A DNA stretch of 62,428 nucleotides, the filler included. It is 4 parts of 4 records of this genome, joined end to end, with 100 filler letters (N's around TTAATTAATTAA, not from the genome) between each part and the next. Parts side by side here need not be neighbours in the genome. Positions count along the whole stretch, not along the records: positions 43,310 to 54,070 come from SRR22947727_6057; positions 54,171 to 62,428 come from SRR22947727_6074; 2 more parts are not named here. One strand, 5' to 3'. A program made the position numbers and the translations under genes. This document shows, one piece after another, positions 48,943-57,100 of this stretch (its first letter is position 1; each line of letters begins with the position of its first letter). Below the pieces are notes generated by a model, which saw nothing but the letters and a program-made list of their open reading frames with translations, was not told where the DNA came from and did no database searches.

Positions 48943-50721
48943 TTATGCGCCTTGCTGTGGCCGCATATCGGCTTGGCTGATGCCAGCAACCGAAACGGGC
49001 TTTTTCATGGCGTCACGACGGAATGGCTCGCCAAGCTCTTGGTTCAACAGCACTTCGATAAAGGTGGTCACGCCATCCTTCATTTGCGCGTCAACCGCTT
49101 TGGCCAATGCATCGCGAAGCTCATCCATTGTTGAAACGGCAACGCCCTCAACACCACATGCCTTGGCAACTCCAGCATATGAGACTTGCTGATCAAGCTC
49201 GGTGCCAACAAAGTTATCGTCAAACCACAAGGTTGTGTTGCGCTTTTCCGCGCCCCACTGGTAATTGCGGAAAATAACCATGGTGATGGCTGGCCATTCT
49301 TCACGGCCAATTGCCGACATTTCATTCATTGAAATGCCAAAGGCACCATCGCCAGCAAAGCCAACAACCGGAACATCACGGCGGCCAATTTTTGCCCCCA
49401 TGATTGACGGCAGGCCATAACCACAAGGCCCGAACAGACCCGGTGCCAGATATTTGCGGCCTTCTTCAAATGTCGGATAGGCGTTACCAATCGCGCAATT
49501 ATTGCCAATGTCAGATGAAATGATTGCATCTTTTGGCAGCGCAGACTGGATGGCCCGCCATGCCATGCGTGGCGACATTTTCTTTGGCTCACGGTCACGC
49601 GCACGTTCGTTCCATGTTGTTCCCGGATCATCATCTTCATGATCAAGCGAGGTTAGTTCTTGCGCCCATGCTGATTTGGTTGTGGCAATCAGTTCTTTGC
49701 GGCTACTGCGGCCGCTATCGCCAGCGGTGCTTGCCAGCTTGTCAAGAATGCTGATGGCAACCTTCTTGGCGTCGCCAACGATGCCAACAGAAACCGGCTT
49801 GGTCAGGCCAATGCGATCAGGGTTGATATCGACCTGAATGATCTTGGCATCTTTTGGCCAGTAATCAATGCCGTAACCGGGAAGTGTTGAAAATGGGTTC
49901 AGGCGTGTGCCCAAAGCCAGAACAACATCGGCCTTGGCAATCAGTTCCATACCGGCTTTTGATCCGTTATAGCCAAGTGGGCCCGCAAATAGCGGATGTG
50001 AACCCGGAAATGCGTCATTATGCTGATAGCCACAGCAAACAGGCGCGTCAAGACGCTCGGCCAGTTTCATTGACGCGTCGATTGCACCGCCAATGACAAC
50101 GCCAGCACCATTCAACAGAACGGGGAATTTGGCGTCTGATAGCAAAGCTGCGGCCTGGCTGATGGCATCTTCGCCGCCTGATGGGCGCTCAAACTCAACA
50201 ATCGCCGGCAATTCAATATCAATGACCTGTGTCCAGAAATCGCGTGGGATATTGATTTGGGCTGGTGCTGATGCACGCTTTGCCTGAAGAATCACGCGGT
50301 TTAATGTTTCGGCAATCCGTGTTGGGTCGCGCACTTCTTCTTGATAGGCAACCATGTCCTTGAACAAAGCCATTTGTTCAACTTCCTGAAAACCACCTTG
50401 GCCAAGTGTCTTATTGGCCGCTTGTGGGGTGACCAAAAGCAATGGCGTATGGTTCCAATAAGCGGTTTTGACCGGCGTTACGAAATTGGTGATGCCAGGG
50501 CCGTTCTGCGCAACCATCATCGACATTTTGCCGGTAGCGCGGGTAAAGCCGTCGGCCATCATACCTGCATTACATTCATGCGCGGCGTCCCAGAAGGTAA
50601 TACCGGCCTGCGGGAATAGGTCAGAAATTGGCATCATTGCCGAGCCAATAATGCCAAAAGCATTTTCAATGCCATGCATTTGCAATACTTTTACAAACGC
50701 TTCTTCGGTTGTCATCTTCAT
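48943..50721 (-). CDS. xsc: Sulfoacetaldehyde acetyltransferase
   Basis: MKMTTEEAFVKVL; FGIIGSA; AQNGPG; QGGFQE; ThDP motif GDGAFG...FRNYQWGAEKRN; ELGEPFRRDAM. Confidence 0.96.
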   Translation of the reverse strand: MKMTTEEAFVKVLQMHGIENAFGIIGSAMMPISDLFPQAGITFWDAAHECNAGMMADGFTRATGKMSMMVAQNGPGITNFVTPVKTAYWNHTPLLLVTPQAANKTLGQGGFQEVEQMALFKDMVAYQEEVRDPTRIAETLNRVILQAKRASAPAQINIPRDFWTQVIDIELPAIVEFERPSGGEDAISQAAALLSDAKFPVLLNGAGVVIGGAIDASMKLAERLDAPVCCGYQHNDAFPGSHPLFAGPLGYNGSKAGMELIAKADVVLALGTRLNPFSTLPGYGIDYWPKDAKIIQVDINPDRIGLTKPVSVGIVGDAKKVAISILDKLASTAGDSGRSSRKELIATTKSAWAQELTSLDHEDDDPGTTWNERARDREPKKMSPRMAWRAIQSALPKDAIISSDIGNNCAIGNAYPTFEEGRKYLAPGLFGPCGYGLPSIMGAKIGRRDVPVVGFAGDGAFGISMNEMSAIGREEWPAITMVIFRNYQWGAEKRNTTLWFDDNFVGTELDQQVSYAGVAKACGVEGVAVSTMDELRDALAKAVDAQMKDGVTTFIEVLLNQELGEPFRRDAMKKPVSVAGISQADMRPQQGA

Positions 50722-50881
50722 GAGTGTCACCCTGTCGTTGAATCGAGTTATTGTTAAAATGGTATGTCGTCAGATGTTGGTCTTTCGGCCTGTCGTATCT
50801 TGCCTCAAGATCGTGTCTGACGCCGACCGGAAACTTTAGGCGACGGTTGTACTATCATTTTCCGGCGAAGCCAAGCTGACT

Positions 50882-50913
50882 TTGGTACCAGTTGTGGCTA
50901 AATTTAGATCCAG
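50882..50913 (-). promoter_or_regulatory. TauR-like direct-repeat operator upstream of xsc
   Basis: Minus strand CTGGATCTAA-N12-CTGGTACCAA (22-bp period), overlapping TTGACT. Confidence 0.55.
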
Positions 50914-51069
50914 TCAATCAGGCTTGCTTTTTCCTAAATCTTGGCGAAGATAATTTATCGGTGATGTGGCGTCCGGCCAGTTCAATCATTGCGACCTGAT
51001 ATATAGCTAAGTAAGCTCAAGGGCAAATTGAGGCTCAAAGGGCGCATCATTTAGGGACGAGGTTTTTTG

Positions 51070-51894
51070 ATGAAGGTAACAGCGCTAGCGCCTGCAATGG
51101 GCGCCGAGGTAACAAATGTTGATCTGAGCGCCGCACATGATGACGGGCTGATTGCCGAATTGCGCGCTGTCTGGCTTGAATATCAGATGATCGTGATTCG
51201 CGGACAGGATATTACACCGGCACAGCAGCTGGCTTTTGCCAGCGCCATTGGCGAGCCTGATATCTATCCGTTCCTGACCGGCCTTGACGGGTTTCCGATG
51301 ATTACCGAGGTGCTGAAAAAAGAAAATGAGAAGGTCAATTTCGGCGGCATCTGGCATTCTGATACGACCTATCAAAAATGTCCGCCAATGGCGACATTGC
51401 TTTATGCCAAGGAATTGCCACCGCTTGGCGGTGATACGCTGTTTGCCAGCCAATATGATGCCTATGACCAATTGTCGGATTCATTGCGTGCGGTTCTTGA
51501 TGGGCTATGCGCGGTAAATGCCGCTGGTAAAAAGCGCGTTGCCTCAACCCGGAGCGAACGGTTAAAGGATTCGGGAAGCGGCGTTGATCCTGACGCGTTG
51601 GTTGGCATCCATCCAGTGGTGCGAACGCATCCCGAAACGGGTCGCAAGGCGCTATTTGTCAATGCGGCGCATACGGTTGCGTTTGATGGCTGGAGCGAAG
51701 AGGAAAGCCGCGGGCTTTTGGATTATCTGTTCACACATCAGATTTCGCCCGAATTTCAATGCCGGTTGCGTTGGCAGGTTGGTGATGTCGCTTTTTGGGA
51801 CAATCGGTGCGTGCAGCATTACCCCTTGAATGATTATCACGGATATCGCCGGTTATTGCATCGCATAACCTTAAAAGGTGACGCGCCGATCTAA
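51070..51894 (+). CDS. TauD/TfdA-family Fe(II)/2-oxoglutarate dioxygenase
   Basis: WHSDTT; GGDTLF; HPVVRTHPETGRKALFVN; WDNRCVQH; RLLHR. Confidence 0.92.
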   Translation: MKVTALAPAMGAEVTNVDLSAAHDDGLIAELRAVWLEYQMIVIRGQDITPAQQLAFASAIGEPDIYPFLTGLDGFPMITEVLKKENEKVNFGGIWHSDTTYQKCPPMATLLYAKELPPLGGDTLFASQYDAYDQLSDSLRAVLDGLCAVNAAGKKRVASTRSERLKDSGSGVDPDALVGIHPVVRTHPETGRKALFVNAAHTVAFDGWSEEESRGLLDYLFTHQISPEFQCRLRWQVGDVAFWDNRCVQHYPLNDYHGYRRLLHRITLKGDAPI

Positions 51895-52119
51895 TCCGGC
51901 TCTGCCTTTGATGATTGAACTCAAGGTGGTTTATCAGCCTTGATATTTGGTTTTTTGACTCGGATGCTGCAACTTTAGTCATTAATTAAGCATTTGGGGC
52001 CGGTTTGTGTTGCGCTGGGTATAATTTTTCATTTTAATGTGGGTTCTTACTTGGCGGCTTGATCAAAATCGAGCAAGTTAAGGCTGAGCTCTAATTTTCA
52101 ATTCTGGGAGGAATTAAGA

Positions 52120-53349
52120 ATGTATAACAAATTATCGATGGCGCTGGGTACTGCCCTTGCTGTTGGGGTTGCCGGTGTTGCCGGTGGCGCCATGGCGAAA
52201 GTCGAAGGCGATACCATCATCCTTGGGTCAGCAATCTCACTTTCTGGTAAATATTCTACGAACGGCTTGCACACACAGCGCGGGTATGATTTTGCAGTCG
52301 ATCGTATCAACGAAATGGGTGGTGTTAAAGTTGGGGGCAAAAGTTACAAGCTTTCAGTTAAATATTATGATGATGAATCTACACCTGCGCGTGCTACTCA
52401 GCTTGCCGAGCGTTTGATCCAGCAGGATGGCGTTGAATTCATGCTTGGGCCATATGGCACAGGCCTGACTAAAGCTGTTGCGCCAGTAACTGAAAAGTTT
52501 GGTGTGCCAATGGTTGAGGCTGAGGGCGCATCTCGTTCTTTGTTCACGCAAGGCTACAAGTACATGTTTGCCGTATTGTCAACCTCTGAGTATTACCTTG
52601 CGCCAGTGCTCGACATCATTGCGCAGCGAGCAAAAGCAGGGTGGAAATCGCCATCTGAGCTACGTATTGGTATGGCGTTTGAGAATGACGGTTTCTCCCT
52701 TGACGTTCGTGCGGGTGTTCTCGATGTTGCCAAAAAATACGACATGAAGATTGTGATTGACGACAAGTTGCCTGCCGATTTGTCGGACATGTCAGCAACT
52801 TTAACCAAGTTTAAGGCATTGAAGCCTGACATTCTTCTGATTTCAGGTCACTCGAAAGGCGCAGCAACTGCTGCACGTCAGATCGAAGAAATGAAAATTC
52901 AGGCTCCTGTCATTGCTTACACACATTGTGAAGCTGCAAAGGTGCACGAAAAATTTCCAAAATCAGCTGTTGGCGTAATGTGCCCAACGCAGTGGTTAGA
53001 TAATCTTCCAAAGCAAGACAAATATTTTGGTGATGCTGCGAAGTGGAATGCGGATTTCAAGAAAGTCCACCCAAGTTACACAGAGGTGCCTTATCAGACA
53101 GCCCAGGCTTCAGCTGCGGTCCTAGTATTTAAGGATGCTTTTGAGCGTGCAAATAGCTTTGATCAAGACAAAGTCCGTGATGCTTTGGCAGCAACCGATA
53201 TGGAAACTTTCTATGGTGATATTCGGTTTGCACCTGAAGGTAATAACATTGCCAAGCCAATGTTCTATCGTCAAATCCAGGCTGATGGGACATACAAGCC
53301 TATTATCACTCACAAAGATATGGACTTCCCGCGCAAAGTTAATTACTAG
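52120..53349 (+). CDS. Liv-type (branched-chain amino acid family) ABC substrate-binding protein
   Basis: Signal peptide; SLSGKYS; INEMGGV; YYDDES; LGPYG; ETFYGDIRF. Confidence 0.9.
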   Translation: MYNKLSMALGTALAVGVAGVAGGAMAKVEGDTIILGSAISLSGKYSTNGLHTQRGYDFAVDRINEMGGVKVGGKSYKLSVKYYDDESTPARATQLAERLIQQDGVEFMLGPYGTGLTKAVAPVTEKFGVPMVEAEGASRSLFTQGYKYMFAVLSTSEYYLAPVLDIIAQRAKAGWKSPSELRIGMAFENDGFSLDVRAGVLDVAKKYDMKIVIDDKLPADLSDMSATLTKFKALKPDILLISGHSKGAATAARQIEEMKIQAPVIAYTHCEAAKVHEKFPKSAVGVMCPTQWLDNLPKQDKYFGDAAKWNADFKKVHPSYTEVPYQTAQASAAVLVFKDAFERANSFDQDKVRDALAATDMETFYGDIRFAPEGNNIAKPMFYRQIQADGTYKPIITHKDMDFPRKVNY

Positions 53350-53369
53350 TCTGCGGCCTAATAACTTTT

Positions 53370-53402
53370 GGGAAGCCCCCTTTGGGCTTCCCTCTCTTTT
53401 TT
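53370..53402 (+). terminator. Hairpin after the SBP gene
   Basis: GGGAAGCCC/GGGCTTCCC followed by a pyrimidine/T-run. Confidence 0.65.
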
Positions 53403-53442
53403 GCGTCTCCCTATTTTCTAGTGAATGTGGGTTGGAGGAATT

Positions 53443-54070
53443 ATGTTAGATAATCTTCAATTGCTGTTTGTTTATGCACCGGTGATGAATGTTCAAATGA
53501 TACTGGACGGTATTTTTGTGGGTGCCGTTTTTGCCCTGTCAGCTTATGGTTTGGCTCTTGTTTGGGGTGTGATGAACGTTAAAAACTTAGCCCAGGGTGA
53601 TTTTGTCATTTTAGGGGGCTACGTCGCCTTTTCGCTCTACAAAATGGGCGTGCATCCGGTTTTGTCGATCCCCATAGTAGCCATAGTGATGTTTATGTTT
53701 GGTTGGCTGGTCTATATATCTATCATCAGACGAGTTATCGATAACGATATGTTTGTTTCACTACTCGCAACTTTTGGCTTATCGCTTTTATTGCAGCAGG
53801 TAATGAATCTAATTTATGGGCCAGAAGTGCAAACTATCGACTCTCATTTCCCCATAGCAACGATGTTTGATGATTTTGTTACCATACCAATGGTTAAAGT
53901 CGTTTCGTTGATCTTGGCGGCAGCTTTTGCGGCTACAGTTGTGATTTTTATGAAAAAATCTCGCATGGGTCAGGCTATTCGTGCAACTGCGCAGGATGCG
54001 CGTGCGGCACGTGTGCTCGGCATCAATACAGATAATGTGTTTGCGTTCACATTTTCATTGAATGCTTCGA
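53443..54070 (+). CDS. LivH-type ABC permease (3' truncated)
   Basis: GGAGG RBS; GLALVWGVMNVKNLAQGDF; GQAIRATAQD...GIN. Confidence 0.9.
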
Positions 54071-54170
54071 NNNNNNNNNNNNNNNNNNNNNNNNNNNNNN
54101 NNNNNNNNNNNNNNTTAATTAATTAANNNNNNNNNNNNNNNNNNNNNNNNNNNNNNNNNNNNNNNNNNNN
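54071..54170. other. Artificial contig linker
   Basis: 44 N + TTAATTAATTAA + 44 N. Confidence 0.99.
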
Positions 54171-57100
54171 AGTGATGAAATAACATTAACTCAACCAGAT
54201 AATCCATTAGCCATTTCAGAAAGTATTTCTAATGTTCTTTGTTTTGGTCAAAGTAATGGTGAAATAGATATTACAGTTACTGGTGGAACAGTAAATTATT
54301 CATATCAGTGGTCTAAACAAGGCGATGCCAATTACAATGCAACATCTCAGGATATAACTGGATTAACACCTGGCACTTATACAGTTGTAGTAACTGATGC
54401 GAATGGTTGTCCTAAAAGTAAATCTTTCACTGTAACACAACCTGATAATTTAGTTATAAGCTCCATTGTTTCAGATTACAATGGGTTTGAAATTTCCGGA
54501 AATGATAAAAATGATGCTTTTATTGACCTAACGGTTCAAGGAGGAACAGCGCCTTTCAGTTTTTCGTGGACAACTAATGGAGGAAGCGGTTTAGATGTTA
54601 ATGCAGAAGATCAGACTAAACTAGGACCTGGAACTTATAATGTTACTGTTACTGATGCGAATGGTTGTCCTGAATCTGCTGAATATGTAATTGAGGAACC
54701 AGACGAACTTGATGACAACGAAAATATTCCAACATCAAATACTTTTCAAATTAGTTGTAATGGAGATAATGATGGAGCTATCAATATTACTCCATCTGGA
54801 GGATCTGGTTCCTATACTTTTAACTGGACGTCAAATGTTTCAAATAGTGGACTAGTTCAGGGTCAAGAAGATCAGTCTAACTTAAAACCTGGCTTATATA
54901 CTTTAATTTTAACTGATTCAAATGGAAACAGATCAACATTTAACTATACTCTAACAGAACCAAATGCTATTTTAATTGAAGCAGAACTATCTAATTATAA
55001 TGGATTTGGAGTAAGTAAACAAGGCGCTTCAGATGGTAAGATAGAGTTGTCAGTTACAGGCGGGTATTTAAGTAGTGGAGAGGATTATACTTATATCTGG
55101 TCAACTACAAATGGTAGTGGATTAACTCAGGGAGAACAAGATCAAACTGGATTGAGTGCAGGTACTTATGAGGTAATTATTAAAGACAGTAATGATTGTG
55201 AAGAAGAAAGAGAATACACTCTTAGGGAACCAGCAGAATTAACCTTAGATTTAGATTTATCTGTTTTTGGAAACTTTAATATAAAATGTTTTGGAGATGA
55301 TAACGGATCTATTGATTTAACTATTACAGGAGGTTCTGGAACTTACACTATTGTTTGGTCTACTACAGATGGAGGAACTGGATTAGTACAAGGTCAGGAA
55401 GATCAAAGCGGATTAGGACCAGGAACTTATACTGTTAAAGTAACAGATAGTAATAACGTTGAGGTCAATAAAACAGTTCAAATTACAGAACCATCACTAT
55501 TAGAGTTAGATAGTTCAATACCGTTATTTAATGGATATGCTATTTCTTGTAATGGAGGAAATAATGGTTCAATTGATATTTCTCCGTCTGGTGGAACAGG
55601 TGCATACACTTACACTTGGTCTACAACCAACGGATCAGGACTTACAGCTGGAGCTGAGGATCAGACTGGACTTACTGCGGGGACTTATTTCCTAACATTA
55701 ACAGATTCAAATAATTGTCCAACAACTGAATCATTTGTTCTTCAGGAACCTGATGCAATTAATATTTCTGCTAATCTTTCAAATTATAATGGCTTCGAAG
55801 TTAGTGGAGCAGGTGAGTCCGATGGTGAAATCAATATAACAGTTGGTGGTGGTATAGAAGCTTATTCTTACCAATGGTCGACAAGCGACGGAAGTGGTTT
55901 AGATGTTAATGCTGAAGATCAAACTGGTTTGACTGCTGGAACTTATACAGTTTTAGTAACTGATCAGAACTTATGTGCTGAAACTAAAGTATATAAATTG
56001 AGCGAACCTGATCAGCTATCATTTAATAAAAATGTTTCAATTTTTGTTGGAGGTTTTAATATTAGCTGTAAAGATGCTGATGATGGTTCTATAGATATTA
56101 ACCCATTAGGTGGTAGTGGAACATATACTTACATTTGGTCTACCAACAACGGATCAGGATTAGTGCAAGGAGATCAAGATCAAACCGGTTTAGGACCTGG
56201 AACTTATTCATTTATATTAAGAGATTCAAATGGCAATGAATCTTCTCAAGATTTTACATTAACAGAACCTAATGAAGTTTTACTTTCTAGCACTATTTCC
56301 GATTATAATAATTTTGAAGTAAGTTGTTTTGGAGGGGCAGACGGCGAGATAGACATTTCTATTACAGGGGGGACATCTGTTTACACGTATAATTGGACAA
56401 CGAGTAATGGAGTTGGTCTTGTGCAAGGTCAGCAAGATCAAACAGGACTTACTGTCGGGTCATATTCTGTTATTGTTACAGACGAGAACGGTTGTTCTAT
56501 CACAAAATCATTTACACTTACATCACCAAATGAAATAGCAATAATATCAACTAAAAAAGACTACAACGGGTTTAACGTGTCTTGTAACGGATCAACTGAT
56601 GGTGAAATTGATATCGAGGTTTCGGGAGGATATTTAGATACTGGGGCTGTATACTCATATTCATGGACTACTGATGGAGGGAGTGGTTTAAATCCTAATA
56701 CTGAAGATCAAACTGGATTAAGTGCAGGATCTTATACTGTTATTGCTACAGATGATAACGGGTGTACAATGAGTCAAACAATAGTTATAACAGAATCAGA
56801 TATTTTAAATATTAGTGAAGTCATCTCTGATTACAATGGATTTCAAATAAGTGAAGCTGGTGAAAATGATGGCTCAATTAATATATCCGTTTCAGGCGGA
56901 ACTTCAAATTACTCATATGTTTGGTCAACATTAGACGGTTCAGGTCTTTCTATAAATAATGAAGATCAAAATTCTCTTACTGCAGGAACATATTCTGTTA
57001 TTGTAACAGACACAAACGGATGTGTTATCAATAAAGAATACACCTTAATTGAACCTAAAGAACTTTTAATTTCATTAGATAACGACGCCTATAAAAACGA

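Noticed and set aside
1656-51894. A unified sulfur system linking sox with xsc/TauD
   Set aside because: The genes are on different contigs separated by linkers and probably come from different organisms
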